Part shown: positions 38,069-48,883 of the stretch, in pieces
Position numbering within the stretch: the first letter of the stretch is position 1
Layout: each line of letters opens with the position of its first letter
Assembly (NCBI GenBank): GCA_002712305.1
Contig: PATE01000063.1
Coordinates: 54,984 to 118,983 of the forward strand
Reading direction: 5' to 3'
Source of the DNA: Gemmatimonadota bacterium
Lineage (GTDB): Bacteria > Latescibacterota > UBA2968 > UBA8231
Length of the DNA: 64,000 nucleotides
Notes under the pieces: generated by a model
Databases searched by the model: none
Seen by the model: only the letters and a program-made list of their open reading frames with translations
What the model was told of the DNA's origin: nothing
Made by a program: the position numbers and the translations under genes

Positions 38069-38166
38069 GAGATCGGCTCGATTATTGGGCGAGGACATCC
38101 GCTGGCTGAAGAACCGCATTTCTGAAGCCTCCCTCCCTCACCGGCAAAGACACCGCATGCGAATTC

Positions 38167-38847
38167 ATGGCACATGATGGCACGGCAATGACGGGAACGA
38201 AGGTCGGCACCGACACACGCGCCCGCATTCTGGACACGGCGGAGAGGTTGTTCGCCGAGACGGGCCTGGCCGCAACCAGTCTGCGCCAGATTACGACGGC
38301 TGCAGGTGTGAATCTGGCGGCCGTTCACTACCACTTCGGTTCCAAGGACGGACTCGTCCAGGCGGTTTATGAGCGACACATTGCACCGGTGAATCGTGAA
38401 CGACTGCGGCTTCTGGATCTCTACGAAGCGACGCCATCGCCGGGAGCTGCTCAACTCGAACAACTGGTCGAAGCGCTCGTGGGTCCTGTGTTGCGTCTGA
38501 AAAAGGATGATCCAGTTGCGGCTCGATCGGTTCGCTGCCTTATCGGCCGGATCTACTGCGAGCCCGGCGACCAGATGAAATCTGTCCTGTGCCAGTTCGA
38601 TGAGATTCGTGAGAGGTTTCCAGCCGCTTTCTCTCGCGCTCTCCCCCACCTGAGTCGAACGGAGCTTCTGTGGCGCGTCCACTTCATGATCGGGGCGACT
38701 CTCCATACAACTGGAGCCAGGCAACTGTTGGAGCAGGTTTCGGAAGGTCCATGCGACCCCAACAACACGGAAGAGACCGTCAGACAGTTGGTCCACTTTC
38801 TGTGTGCGGGATTGCGTTCCGCATCGACTGCGGCGGAAGAGGTCTGA
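38167..38847 (+). CDS. TetR/AcrR family transcriptional regulator
   Basis: N-terminal HTH RARILDTAERLFAETGLAATSLRQITTAAGVNLAAVHYHF; first gene of the efflux operon. Confidence 0.85.
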   Translation: MAHDGTAMTGTKVGTDTRARILDTAERLFAETGLAATSLRQITTAAGVNLAAVHYHFGSKDGLVQAVYERHIAPVNRERLRLLDLYEATPSPGAAQLEQLVEALVGPVLRLKKDDPVAARSVRCLIGRIYCEPGDQMKSVLCQFDEIRERFPAAFSRALPHLSRTELLWRVHFMIGATLHTTGARQLLEQVSEGPCDPNNTEETVRQLVHFLCAGLRSASTAAEEV

Positions 38848-38851
38848 CGCC

Positions 38852-40342
38852 ATGAGAGTGGCTTTCGTTTTGATCGGTTTGACCCTGACCTGCTGTGCGA
38901 AGATTCCCGCTGTGCAATACCCAATCCTGGAAATCGAAACACCTGACCGATGGACAGCGACCGCCAACCAGTCGCCAGATCAGCAGGCGGAAACACACCA
39001 GGCCGATTCGATCGGGGTGAGCAGAGAGGCTCCCTCCACCGCGTGGTGGGCAGACCTGGGCGATTCGGTGCTGACGGCGCTGATCGTCGAAGGCCTGCGC
39101 AGCAACCACGACTTGAAAGCCGCGGCGCATCGACTTGAGATCGCCGTTGCACAAGCGCGCATCGCGGGAGCTCCCATCACACCGCAGGCGACGGCCGGTG
39201 TCGATGCCAGCCGATCGCGTCGCAACTTCATCGGGTTCCCCCTCGGTGGCGGTGCCGGTGACGGTGTCGTCGCTTCGGAGACGACCGGTCTCAACGCCAA
39301 CATCCTGATCTCCTGGGAGGTCGACCTGTGGGGGAGAATGCGTGCCGGTCACGCAGCTGCCCTGGCCGATGTCGGCGCGGCCCAGGCGGACCTAGCCGGC
39401 GCACGGGTGTCCCTGGCGGCACAGATTGGGCGACTGCTTTTCTCCGTCATCGAGGCCCAAAATCAACTCGATCTGGCGATCGCCACCGCCGCCAATCAAG
39501 ATCGTACGGCTCGTCAGATCGAGGACCGCTATGACCGCGGTCTGCGTTCGTCTCTCGATCTGCGTCTGGCGCGATCTGGCGCGGCCAGCTCTCGGGCTGC
39601 TGTCGCGGCTCGACGGAGCCAGCTTGACGCCACAAAGAGAAGTCTCGAGACCCTGCTGGGACGTTATCCGTCGGCGACACTGTCTTCAATGCCCGACCTG
39701 CCGGTGGTCGATGGTCCCGTTCCGGCAGGCATGCCAGCACAGCTCATTCAGCGCCGACCCGACCTGGCCGCCGGTGAGCGCCGGATTCGTGCCGCTCAAT
39801 TGCGAGGCAAACAGGCCCGACGATCCCTGCTGCCGAGAATCAGCTTGACCGCGTCCGGAGGCCGATCCAGTGAGTCGCTGGGGGATCTGCTCGACGGTGA
39901 CTACAGCGTCTGGAATCTTGTGGCCAATCTCTCCCAGCCCCTGCTGCAAGTAGGCCGACTGCGCGCTCAGGTTGATCTGACGGCGGCCGCCGAGGAAGCG
40001 GCCCTGGCAGAGTATGCGGCGATCGCGCTGCGCGCCTACGCACAGGTTGAGGGGGCCTTGGAGGCCGAACTGTCCCTGGCAGAGCAAGAGCAGGCCATGC
40101 GAGTGGCTGCATCGGAGGCTCGAGCCGCAGAGAGAGTCGCCCAGGACCGATACGCACGTGGGCTCATCAACTACATCGCTCTGATGGAATCCCAACAGCG
40201 GGCTTTCTCTGCCCAAAGCCAACTGCTCAGCGTTCGTAGGTCACGTCTCGAAGCGCGGGTTGATTTGTACGTCGCTCTGGGGGGAGGGTTTTCCCTTTCC
40301 CCCTCATCCTCAGCACCTGACACCCAAGAGACCGGTACATGA
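38852..40342 (+). CDS. outer-membrane efflux protein (TolC/NodT family OMF, lipoprotein)
   Basis: Trimmed to the ATG at 38852 (MRVAFVLIGLTLTCC). Two OEP repeat halves, coiled-coil Ala/Leu/Arg-rich. Confidence 0.8.
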   Translation: MRVAFVLIGLTLTCCAKIPAVQYPILEIETPDRWTATANQSPDQQAETHQADSIGVSREAPSTAWWADLGDSVLTALIVEGLRSNHDLKAAAHRLEIAVAQARIAGAPITPQATAGVDASRSRRNFIGFPLGGGAGDGVVASETTGLNANILISWEVDLWGRMRAGHAAALADVGAAQADLAGARVSLAAQIGRLLFSVIEAQNQLDLAIATAANQDRTARQIEDRYDRGLRSSLDLRLARSGAASSRAAVAARRSQLDATKRSLETLLGRYPSATLSSMPDLPVVDGPVPAGMPAQLIQRRPDLAAGERRIRAAQLRGKQARRSLLPRISLTASGGRSSESLGDLLDGDYSVWNLVANLSQPLLQVGRLRAQVDLTAAAEEAALAEYAAIALRAYAQVEGALEAELSLAEQEQAMRVAASEARAAERVAQDRYARGLINYIALMESQQRAFSAQSQLLSVRRSRLEARVDLYVALGGGFSLSPSSSAPDTQETGT

Positions 40343-41592
40343 GCAAGATGGCACGAGTCGTGTCTCCCATCGTCATCGTCATCGGCGGCGTGGCGCTCTT
40401 CTTTCTTCTCAGTTCGATGCGAGCCGCACCCGAACGGGTCGAGCGGGTGGACCTGGGTCCTCTCGTGCAATCGATCCATGCCGAGGCCAGCCCACTACAG
40501 GTGAGTGTGCGTGCTCAGGGTACGGTGAGACCGGATCGAGAGATCGACCTGGTGCCGCAGGTCTCGGGTGTCATCGAATGGATCTCACCGGAGTTGGAAG
40601 CCGGTGGTTTCTTCGCCACCGCAGATGCGCTCATGCGCATCGAGGCTGAGGACTATGAACTCGCCCTCGAACAGGCCCGCGCGGAGGTCGAACGCAGTCA
40701 GTTCCACCTGCAGATCGAACAGGGCGAGGCCGAGGTGGCGCGTCTGGAGTGGGAGCGCCTTCGTCCCGACCAGGTGGCCGATCCCCTGGCACTTCGACTG
40801 CCACAGGTGCAGGCATCGGAAGCGGGGCTGCGAGCGGCACAGGCCAGGTTGCGAGAGGCCGAGCTTCGCCTGGAGCGAACCACCTTGCGAGCTCCCTTTC
40901 ATGGGCGGGTGCGGGCCGTGAATGTCGATGCGGGTCAATTCGTTGGCGCGGGTCAGCCCATCGGCCGGATCTACAGCATCGAAAAGGCACAGATCGTTGT
41001 ACCCGTCCCCGATGAAGAGTTGGCGTGGATCGACGTGCCCAAGATGGACAGGCAGGTCTCGTCCGATCCGGTCTCGACCGACCCGTCACCGGGCGTAGCG
41101 TCCGTCGATTCGGAAGTGCCCACACCCGAACCACCGGTCACCATCCGTGCTCGGTACGCAGGGCGTGATCATCGGTGGGAAGGGCGCATCCTTCGCAGCG
41201 AAGGCGAGCTGGATCCGCGCAGTCGAATGGTGCGGCTCGTGATCGAAGTCAGCGATCCGTACCGACGGGTGACTCCCTCTGTACCCCAGCAGGGAACGGC
41301 GGAGTTCTCACCCTTGATGGTGGGCTTGTTCTGCGACGTGGAAATTCGCGGACGAACACTGCAGAATGTCGTGTCCCTTCCACGATCGGCCATCCATGAT
41401 GGCAACCAGGTATGGGTGGCCACCCGACCTGGAACGCTTCGTGTTCAGTCTGTAGACGTGGTGCGCACGGATCGCGAGCGAGGACTGGTCAGAATGGTCC
41501 TGAACGAGGGTGATCGCATCATCACCTCTCAACTGCGCGGCATCACCGACGGTATGCGGATCCGTGTTACCGATGACGGAGGCCGTCCATGA
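40339..41592 (+). CDS. RND efflux periplasmic adaptor (membrane fusion protein, HlyD family)
   Basis: Single N-terminal TM, coiled-coil hairpin (AEVARLEWERL...REAELRLERTTLRAPFHGRV), beta-barrel domain; 4-nt overlap with neighbouring genes. Confidence 0.85.
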   Translation: MSKMARVVSPIVIVIGGVALFFLLSSMRAAPERVERVDLGPLVQSIHAEASPLQVSVRAQGTVRPDREIDLVPQVSGVIEWISPELEAGGFFATADALMRIEAEDYELALEQARAEVERSQFHLQIEQGEAEVARLEWERLRPDQVADPLALRLPQVQASEAGLRAAQARLREAELRLERTTLRAPFHGRVRAVNVDAGQFVGAGQPIGRIYSIEKAQIVVPVPDEELAWIDVPKMDRQVSSDPVSTDPSPGVASVDSEVPTPEPPVTIRARYAGRDHRWEGRILRSEGELDPRSRMVRLVIEVSDPYRRVTPSVPQQGTAEFSPLMVGLFCDVEIRGRTLQNVVSLPRSAIHDGNQVWVATRPGTLRVQSVDVVRTDRERGLVRMVLNEGDRIITSQLRGITDGMRIRVTDDGGRP

Positions 41593-44500
41593 TCAAGTCC
41601 GTCACCTGGATGGCCCGCAATCACGTAGCAGCCAACCTGTTGATGATCTTCGTCATGGTCGCCGGGATCCTCGGCATCGTCCGGATGAAAAAAGAGACCT
41701 TCCCCGAGTTCGATCTCGACATCATCCAGATCCAGGTGCCCTATCTGGGTGCCAGTCCCGAGGACGTGGAAGATGGCGTTGTGCGTCGAATCGAAGAGCG
41801 ACTCAACGGATTGGAAGGGATCCGTCGAGTGTCCGCTACAGCAGCAGAGGGAATGGCCATGGTCAGCGTCGAACTGGATCTTGGCGCCGACGGTGAGCAA
41901 GTCCTCGAGGACATCAAGAACGAAATCGATCGAATCGACACGTTTCCCGCCGAGACGGAGACGCCCATCATCAAGGAGATGACGCGCCGTAATCGCGTTA
42001 TCGACATCGTTGTCTTCGGCGATGTCACTGAACGGGCCCTCAAGGTGGCCGCCGAGCGCGTCCGTGAAGATCTGCGCGCCTCGCCGCTCGTGTCGCAAGT
42101 CGAATTGGTCGGAGTCCGTATCGACGAGATCTCCGTCGAGGTCTCAGAGGCATCTCTGCGGCGTCACTCACTCACGCTGGACGACATCGCCCTCGCTATC
42201 CGCCGAACCAGCCTCGACCTGCCTGCGGGCAGCGTCAAAGGAGAGGGCGGCGAGATCTTGCTGCGCACGAAGGGTCTGCTCTATGACGGGCGCGACTACG
42301 AATCGATCGTCGTACAAACCGCACCCGACGGGACACAGCTGAGGCTGGGACAACTGGCCACGATCGTCGACGGATTCGAGGACAGCGACCTCATCTCGCG
42401 TTTTGAAGGGCGGCCTGCTGCGGTGATCGGGGCCTATCGTACGGGCAACGAGAGCGCCCTCGAGATCTCGGACTTCGTGAAATCCTATGTGGCCGATCAA
42501 CGATCGATGATGCCGGTTGGCGTCGAGATCGACTTCGTACGCGATGACGCACGACTATTGCGAAGCCGCCTGGACCTACTGATTCGCAATGCCCAACTCG
42601 GGCTGATCCTCGTCTTCATTGTGCTGAGTCTGTTCCTCGATCTGCGGCTTGCCTTCTGGGTGATGATGGGGATCCCCATCTCCTTCCTGGGAAGTTTCCT
42701 GCTCATCGAACCCTTCGATGTCTCGATCAACATGCTCTCCCTGTTCGCCTTTATCGTCGCTCTCGGCATCGTTGTGGACGATGCGATTGTTGTTGGCGAG
42801 AACATCTTCGCCCACCGCGAGCGGGGGAAACCCTTCCTGCAGGCGGCCATCGATGGAACGTTGGAGGTCGGCAAACCGGTCATCTTTACGATCCTTACCT
42901 CCATCGTTGCTTTCATGCCATTGGCCTTCGTCGACGGTGTGATGGGCAAGTTCATGTTCGTCATTCCCATCATCGTTGTCTCCGTTCTCGTGCTGTCCCT
43001 CGTCGAAGCCCTCTACATCCTGCCCGCGCACCTTTCGAGCCAGGCAGGAAGGGTGAGCAGACTTCTCGGCTTCCTCTTCTCGCGACCCCTTCAGTGGCAC
43101 GGCCGCACATCGGCTGCAGTCAATCGGGGTATGCGGCACGTGATCGACCATTGGTATACACCGCTGGTGCGCTCGGCCGTACGCAATTCGCCGACGACCA
43201 TGGCCATCGGAATCGCCGTCATGCTGGCGACCTTCGGCTGGGTCGCAGGAGGCCACATCAAGTTTGTTTTCATGCCGACCATCGATTCCGACTGGGTCAC
43301 TATCGCCATCGAAATGCCCCAGGGCACGACCGTCGATCAGACGCGACGGGTGGTGAGTCACATCGAGCGGGCAGCCATGGATGTAAGGGACCGACTCGAT
43401 GCTGAACGAGGCGTTGCAGATGCCGACGCATCGATTTACCGAAATGTCTTCAGCCTCATCGGTGATCAGCCGATGGGGGCCCGCTCGCGCTTCACCCCCA
43501 CCGGCAGTGCCGGTGGCCAGGCGCACCTGGCCGAAATTGTGATCGAGCTGCTGCCTTCGGAGGAACGCACCGTGTCGAGTTCCTCAATTGTCGCCCACGT
43601 CAGGGCCGCTGCCGGCGACCTGTCCGGACCTGAATCGGTGACCTATACGGCCAGCCTGTTCACCATCGGCAATGCGATCGAAATCCAGCTTGCGTCAGCG
43701 GATTTTGAGCAATTGCTGGTCGCCGTCGAGCGACTCAAGGACGAGATCGCCAGTTATCCAGGAACCAGCGAAATCCAGGACAGTTTCAAAGAGGGCAAGT
43801 TGGAGATGCGGCTGGACCTCAAGCCCCAGGCTCGCGTGCTCGGTCTGACTATGGCTGATCTGGCTCGCCAGGTGCGTTCCGGTTTCTACGGTGCCGAGGC
43901 ACTGCGTATTCAACGGGGGAGCGATGACGCGCGCGTGATGGTGCGTTATCCGGCAGACGAGCGACGGGCCCTGGGTGACATCGAGGGGATGCGGATCCGC
44001 ACGCCTGCGGGTGATGAGGTGCCCTTCTCCTACGTCGCCGACGTGAGCCTTGGCCACGGATACGCATCCATTCAACGCAGCGATGGCCAGCGCATCGTCA
44101 ACGTCACCGCAGATGTGGACGACCGCGTCGGAAACGCGGAACAGATCAATAGCGATCTGCAGTCGCGCTTCCTGCCGCGACTGATTCAGGACTATCCAGG
44201 CCTCCGGTTCAGTTACGAGGGCGAGCAGCGGGAGCAGGCGGATTCCTTTGCAAGTCTCGCTCAGGGGTTTCTGGTGGCCATGCTGGCCATCTATGCGTTG
44301 CTGGCCATCCCTTTCAAGTCCTACACGCAACCCCTCGTCGTGATGAGCGCGATCCCCTTTGGTATGATCGGCGCGGTCTGGGGTCACGTCGTGATGGGAC
44401 TCGATCTGGCCATGTTGAGCATGTTCGGTGTTGTCGCCCTGTCTGGTGTGGTGGTCAACGACTCGCTGATTCTGCTAAGCTTCTACAATAGCCTTCGCGA

Positions 44501-44801
44501 CCAGGGGCTGACCCGTGACGAGGCCATCGTCGAGGCGGGGCGCGCTCGATTCCGCCCCATTGTGCTGACCTCAGCGACGACCTTCTTCGCCCTGTTGCCG
44601 ATGATCCTGGAGAAGAGTGTTCAGGCCCAATTCCTGATTCCCATGGCCGTGAGTCTCGGATTCGGCATTCTCTTTGCGACCTTCATCATTCTGATCGGTG
44701 TCCCTGCAGGCATGAAGAGCCTGGACATGGTGCTCAGTCAGGTAGAGCGGCGCCGATCCCCCGATCCGGAGGCCCCGTTGGGCGCCGATCCCGCGATCTA
44801 A
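41589..44801 (+). CDS. RND family efflux transporter permease (AcrB/CzcA-like)
   Basis: 1070 aa, 12 TM with two large periplasmic loops; N-terminus MIKSVTWMARNHVAANLLMIFVMVAGI. Confidence 0.9.
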   Translation: MIKSVTWMARNHVAANLLMIFVMVAGILGIVRMKKETFPEFDLDIIQIQVPYLGASPEDVEDGVVRRIEERLNGLEGIRRVSATAAEGMAMVSVELDLGADGEQVLEDIKNEIDRIDTFPAETETPIIKEMTRRNRVIDIVVFGDVTERALKVAAERVREDLRASPLVSQVELVGVRIDEISVEVSEASLRRHSLTLDDIALAIRRTSLDLPAGSVKGEGGEILLRTKGLLYDGRDYESIVVQTAPDGTQLRLGQLATIVDGFEDSDLISRFEGRPAAVIGAYRTGNESALEISDFVKSYVADQRSMMPVGVEIDFVRDDARLLRSRLDLLIRNAQLGLILVFIVLSLFLDLRLAFWVMMGIPISFLGSFLLIEPFDVSINMLSLFAFIVALGIVVDDAIVVGENIFAHRERGKPFLQAAIDGTLEVGKPVIFTILTSIVAFMPLAFVDGVMGKFMFVIPIIVVSVLVLSLVEALYILPAHLSSQAGRVSRLLGFLFSRPLQWHGRTSAAVNRGMRHVIDHWYTPLVRSAVRNSPTTMAIGIAVMLATFGWVAGGHIKFVFMPTIDSDWVTIAIEMPQGTTVDQTRRVVSHIERAAMDVRDRLDAERGVADADASIYRNVFSLIGDQPMGARSRFTPTGSAGGQAHLAEIVIELLPSEERTVSSSSIVAHVRAAAGDLSGPESVTYTASLFTIGNAIEIQLASADFEQLLVAVERLKDEIASYPGTSEIQDSFKEGKLEMRLDLKPQARVLGLTMADLARQVRSGFYGAEALRIQRGSDDARVMVRYPADERRALGDIEGMRIRTPAGDEVPFSYVADVSLGHGYASIQRSDGQRIVNVTADVDDRVGNAEQINSDLQSRFLPRLIQDYPGLRFSYEGEQREQADSFASLAQGFLVAMLAIYALLAIPFKSYTQPLVVMSAIPFGMIGAVWGHVVMGLDLAMLSMFGVVALSGVVVNDSLILLSFYNSLRDQGLTRDEAIVEAGRARFRPIVLTSATTFFALLPMILEKSVQAQFLIPMAVSLGFGILFATFIILIGVPAGMKSLDMVLSQVERRRSPDPEAPLGADPAI

Positions 44802-44987
44802 AGGGTCCGACGTTTCCAGGTCGGTTCCCGGATTTGTAGGTCGGCAATTGCTTGACAGCAGCCCCGCCTCGGGTAACTTTCCCGGCCCGTCGGTCCGTTT
44901 CTACGATCGGCAACCGGTTTCGTAAACTGCGTCCGCCTTTGAGCGGGCGTTTCTCCAACGACCCTGCAACAATTCAGGAGCTACCCG

Positions 44988-45920
44988 TTGAGAGATTTTG
45001 AGTACACCGCACCCAGCACGCTCAGGGAAGCGGTCAAACTCCTGTCCGAGAAGGGGGAGGCCGCCCGTGTTCTTGCGGGAGGTACCGACTTGATCGTGCA
45101 GTTAAGGGCGCGTCGCTTCCAGCCAGAACGCGTCGTCGATGTCAAGAACATCCCCGAAGTCAATGAACTGTCCGTCAGCCCTCGAAAGGGTCTGCGAATC
45201 GGTGCAGCGGTTCCCTGTCACCGCATCTACGCCGATGAGGGGGTCAAAGAGCAGTTCGCCGGACTCACCGACGCGTCGATGATCATCGGTGGTATCCAGA
45301 TCCAGGGACGGGCCAGCCTCGGCGGCAACCTTTGCAACGCCTCGCCGAGTGCCGACAGCATTCCTGCCCTCATCGCCTACGGTGCCGAGGCGGAAGTCAT
45401 CGGCCCCGACGGAAAACGCAAGATCGCCGTCGAAGATTTCTGCACAGGCCCTGGATCCAACGCCCTGAAGCCCGGGGAAATGTTGGTGGCCATCCGGATG
45501 CCCTTGCCCAAGAACAACAGCGGTGGACATTACCTGCGATTCATCCCACGCAACGAAATGGACATCGCCGTCGTAGGCGCTGGTGCGTTCGTCGAGTTGG
45601 GTGGACGCAGCAAGACACGCGTGTTCAAGTCAGCTCGTATTGCCCTGGCGGCTGTCGCCCCCACACCATTGCTGGTCGCTGAGGCGGGAGCTTCCCTCGA
45701 GGGGCAACCCGTCACAGAAGAAACCATCGCCGCCGCTGCGGCGATCGCCCAGGAGGCGGCGCGTCCGATCAGCGACATGCGCGGGCCGGCCGAGTATCGC
45801 CGACATCTCGTCGGTGTGCTGACCAAGCGTGCTCTGATCGGTGCTGTGAAGCGCGCCAATGGCGAATTTGTGCCCAATGCCGTGCAGTCCAACGGCCATC
45901 CTGTCTATCAACTGTCCTGA
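44988..45920 (+). CDS. molybdenum hydroxylase FAD-binding (medium) subunit, CoxM/CutM-like
   Basis: TTG start 7 nt after the aggag SD. AGGTDL, CO-dehydrogenase flavoprotein C-domain; 310 aa. Confidence 0.8.
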   Translation: MRDFEYTAPSTLREAVKLLSEKGEAARVLAGGTDLIVQLRARRFQPERVVDVKNIPEVNELSVSPRKGLRIGAAVPCHRIYADEGVKEQFAGLTDASMIIGGIQIQGRASLGGNLCNASPSADSIPALIAYGAEAEVIGPDGKRKIAVEDFCTGPGSNALKPGEMLVAIRMPLPKNNSGGHYLRFIPRNEMDIAVVGAGAFVELGGRSKTRVFKSARIALAAVAPTPLLVAEAGASLEGQPVTEETIAAAAAIAQEAARPISDMRGPAEYRRHLVGVLTKRALIGAVKRANGEFVPNAVQSNGHPVYQLS

Positions 45921-45954
45921 CGCACGACGCTCTCACCGACAAAGGCTACTTAGC

Positions 45955-46425
45955 ATGAGCAAGATCCACGTCCAATGCACCATCAACGGTGAGCCCACGG
46001 AGTTTCTCTGCGAGGCACGTCAGAGTCTTCTGGAGGTCCTGCGTGAGGAACTTGGTTTCACCGGCACGAAAGAAGGCTGCAACGACGGCAATTGCGGGGC
46101 TTGCAGCGTCACCGTCGACGGTGTCCTCGTCGACTCCTGCCTCATTCTTGCAGCCGAGGTTCAGGACAAGACCGTCGGCACCGTCGAAGGACTAGCCAGC
46201 GCCGAGGGGCTACATCCACTCCAGCAGAAGTTTCTGGAGCATGCGAGCCTTCAGTGTGGTATTTGCACGCCCGGTTTCCTGGTGGCAAGCAAAGCCCTGC
46301 TTGACGCCAATCCCAATCCCAGCCAGCACGAGATTCGGCACTGGTTGGCCGGCAATCTGTGTCGTTGCACCGGTTACGACAAGATCGTGCGCGCCGTCCT
46401 CGACGCCGCTGGAACCGCCGAGTAA
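45955..46425 (+). CDS. molybdenum hydroxylase [2Fe-2S] (small) subunit, CoxS/CutS-like
   Basis: Trimmed to the ATG at 45955. Cysteine ligand clusters CNDGNCGACSV and CGICTPGF...CRCTGY. Confidence 0.85.
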   Translation: MSKIHVQCTINGEPTEFLCEARQSLLEVLREELGFTGTKEGCNDGNCGACSVTVDGVLVDSCLILAAEVQDKTVGTVEGLASAEGLHPLQQKFLEHASLQCGICTPGFLVASKALLDANPNPSQHEIRHWLAGNLCRCTGYDKIVRAVLDAAGTAE

Positions 46426-46557
46426 CGGCGCCAGCACAGGGCACGCGAACGCGGTATCGATCTCGACGGCGCTGGTCTCCCACGGAGGCTGGCGCCGTCT
46501 TTTTCGCATGGATCGATTCACAAAGGGTCCGACACCCGAACTCGGAGATGACAACCC

Positions 46558-48876
46558 ATGACAGACCATGGTGAGACGACCCGCAAGGGTGGTGAAATCC
46601 GCAATTTCGGCACACAGACCTACAAGGTCGTGGGCACGCGGCCCATTCGGCACGATGGAACAGACAAGGTGACGGGGCGCGCCGTCTACGGCGGAGACAT
46701 ACGGCTGCCGGGCATGCTCTACGGCCAGATCCTGCGATCGCCCCACGCCCACGCCAGGATCCAGCGGATCGATACCTCGCGAGCTGAAGCCCTGCCTGGG
46801 GTTCACGCCGTCGTGACCGCCGCCGACCTGCCGGACACCACCGGTGGCCGCATCGATCTTGGTGAGGGGCATGCAGATACGAAATACATGCGAGACAATA
46901 TCCTGGCTGGTGACAAGGTCCTCTATCGAGGTCACGCTGTGGCCGGGGTTGCTGCCGTTTCCCTTCACGTTGCCGAAGAGGCATTGGCGCTGATCGATGT
47001 GGACTACGAACTCCTCGAGCCCGTGATCGACGTCGAGACGGCTATGAAGGACTCGGCCCCCCTGTTGCACGAGGGGCTTACGACGACCGAACTCAACGAA
47101 GACACCGGCCGCAAAAGCAACATTGCCATGCACATCCGGCATGAGATGGGCGATGTGCAACAGGCCTTTGCCGGGGCAGCCCATGTGGCCGAAGCGGAGA
47201 TCCGAACGGCGACGGTGCACCAAGGTTACATCGAGCCGCAGAACGGTACCGCCTCATGGAGTGAGGATGGCCAGCTGACGATCTGGACCAGCACGCAGGG
47301 GTCCTTCACGGCGCAGAAGCAGTTGGCGACGATCCTCGACATTCCCGTGTCGAAAGTGCGTGTCATTCCTCAAGAGATCGGTGGCGGTTTTGGCGGTAAG
47401 ATCCCCGTCTACGTCGAGCCTGTGGCTGCCCTGCTGTCCCGCAAGACCGCTCATCCGGTCAAGATTATCATGACACGGGCCGACGTCTTTGAGAGCACCG
47501 GACCCACACCCGGTTCCTATGTGCGTGTGAAGATGGCCACCGACGCATCTGGGAAACTCGTTGCCTCTGAGGCCCATATCGCTCTGGAAGCGGGTGCTTT
47601 TCCTGGCGCTGAGATCGGTGCTGCTGCGATGTGTGTGTTCTCCTGCTACGACATTCCGCACGCGGTCGTCGATGGCTATGACGTCGTTGTGAACAAACCG
47701 AAATCGGCGCCATACCGAGCACCGGGGGCGACACAGGTCACGTGGCCCGTGGAAAAGGTGATGGATGATCTGGCCCGTCAACTGGGTAAGGACCCGGTCG
47801 CGTTCCGCCTCGACAACGCAGCCGCAGAGGGCACACGGCGCGTCGACGGGATCGTCTATCCACGCATCGGTGGTCGTGAATGTCTGGAGGTTGCCCGCGA
47901 TTCCGACCACTATCAGTCCGAGTTGTCTGGCCCCTATCGGGGGCGTGGGATGGCGATTGGATACTGGTTCAACATCGGCCTGAAATCAGCGGTTACGGCC
48001 AGCGTCAACGCCGACGGCACCGTCCATCTCGTGGAAGGGTCGACGGATATTGGTGGCACACGCACCTCCGTGGCGATGCAGTTTGCCGAAACTCTCGGGT
48101 TGGATGCGGCCGACATCTATCCGAGCGTCGGCGACACGAGCGCCATCGGCTATACCGACGTCACCGGTGGCAGTCGGGTGACCTATGCCACGGGTTGGGC
48201 GGCCTATGAAGCGGCAGAAGACGTGAAACGTCAGATGATCGAGCGCGCCGCGATTCTGTGGGAATCGAGTGCAGATCAAGTCGAATACAGCGACGGAGTG
48301 TTCAAGACCAGAGACGGTTCGAAATCGGCCGACTTCAAACAGTTGGCCCAGAAGCTCGAGGATACGGGAGGCCCCGTCGTGGGCAGAGCGACCGTTCATC
48401 CCGACACGGGCGTCGGTGGGTCGTTCGCGGTGAATATCGTGGACGTGGAGGTCGACCCCGACACGGGGAAAGTGGACATCCTGAGATTCACCGTCATTCA
48501 GGACGCTGGCAAAGCGATCCACCCCAGTTATGTAGAAGGTCAGATGCAAGGGGGCAGCGTACAGGGCATCGGTTGGGCGCTGAACGAGGAGTATGCTTAC
48601 ACCGAGGAAGGCCGTATGGCGAATTCGACATTCCTCGACTATCGCATGCCCACCAGCCTCGACCTTCCCATGATCGAAACGATCATCGTCGAAGTACCCA
48701 ATCCTGGACATCCGTATGGCGTGCGGGGCGTGGGTGAGGCGTCGATTGCGCCGCCGCCGGCCGCCGTTGCCGCCGCCGTTGAGAACGCGACTGGTACTCA
48801 GCTAAATGTCCTGCCTCTGCGTCCAGATCGCATCATCAATGCCATGGAAGATTCGATTCCAGCCGCTGCTGGCTGA
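46558..48876 (+). CDS. molybdopterin-binding (large) subunit of a xanthine dehydrogenase-family hydroxylase
   Basis: 772 aa; Ald_Xan_dh_C and C2 domains; active-site loop APYRAPG. Confidence 0.85.
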   Translation: MTDHGETTRKGGEIRNFGTQTYKVVGTRPIRHDGTDKVTGRAVYGGDIRLPGMLYGQILRSPHAHARIQRIDTSRAEALPGVHAVVTAADLPDTTGGRIDLGEGHADTKYMRDNILAGDKVLYRGHAVAGVAAVSLHVAEEALALIDVDYELLEPVIDVETAMKDSAPLLHEGLTTTELNEDTGRKSNIAMHIRHEMGDVQQAFAGAAHVAEAEIRTATVHQGYIEPQNGTASWSEDGQLTIWTSTQGSFTAQKQLATILDIPVSKVRVIPQEIGGGFGGKIPVYVEPVAALLSRKTAHPVKIIMTRADVFESTGPTPGSYVRVKMATDASGKLVASEAHIALEAGAFPGAEIGAAAMCVFSCYDIPHAVVDGYDVVVNKPKSAPYRAPGATQVTWPVEKVMDDLARQLGKDPVAFRLDNAAAEGTRRVDGIVYPRIGGRECLEVARDSDHYQSELSGPYRGRGMAIGYWFNIGLKSAVTASVNADGTVHLVEGSTDIGGTRTSVAMQFAETLGLDAADIYPSVGDTSAIGYTDVTGGSRVTYATGWAAYEAAEDVKRQMIERAAILWESSADQVEYSDGVFKTRDGSKSADFKQLAQKLEDTGGPVVGRATVHPDTGVGGSFAVNIVDVEVDPDTGKVDILRFTVIQDAGKAIHPSYVEGQMQGGSVQGIGWALNEEYAYTEEGRMANSTFLDYRMPTSLDLPMIETIIVEVPNPGHPYGVRGVGEASIAPPPAAVAAAVENATGTQLNVLPLRPDRIINAMEDSIPAAAG

Positions 48877-48883
48877 GTCCGCC

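Noticed and set aside
37888-38967. 359-aa minus-strand ORF spanning the TetR/OMF region
   Set aside because: Antisense to the well-supported TetR and OMF genes. Arg/Ser/Cys-rich low-complexity translation typical of high-GC antisense frames, with no recognisable domains.
44802-44987. Possible TTG...TAACTTTC Bacteroidetes-type -33/-7 promoter and weak hairpin after the RND gene
   Set aside because: The motif match is loose and the lineage assignment is itself uncertain. The hairpin has only a 4-5 bp stem.
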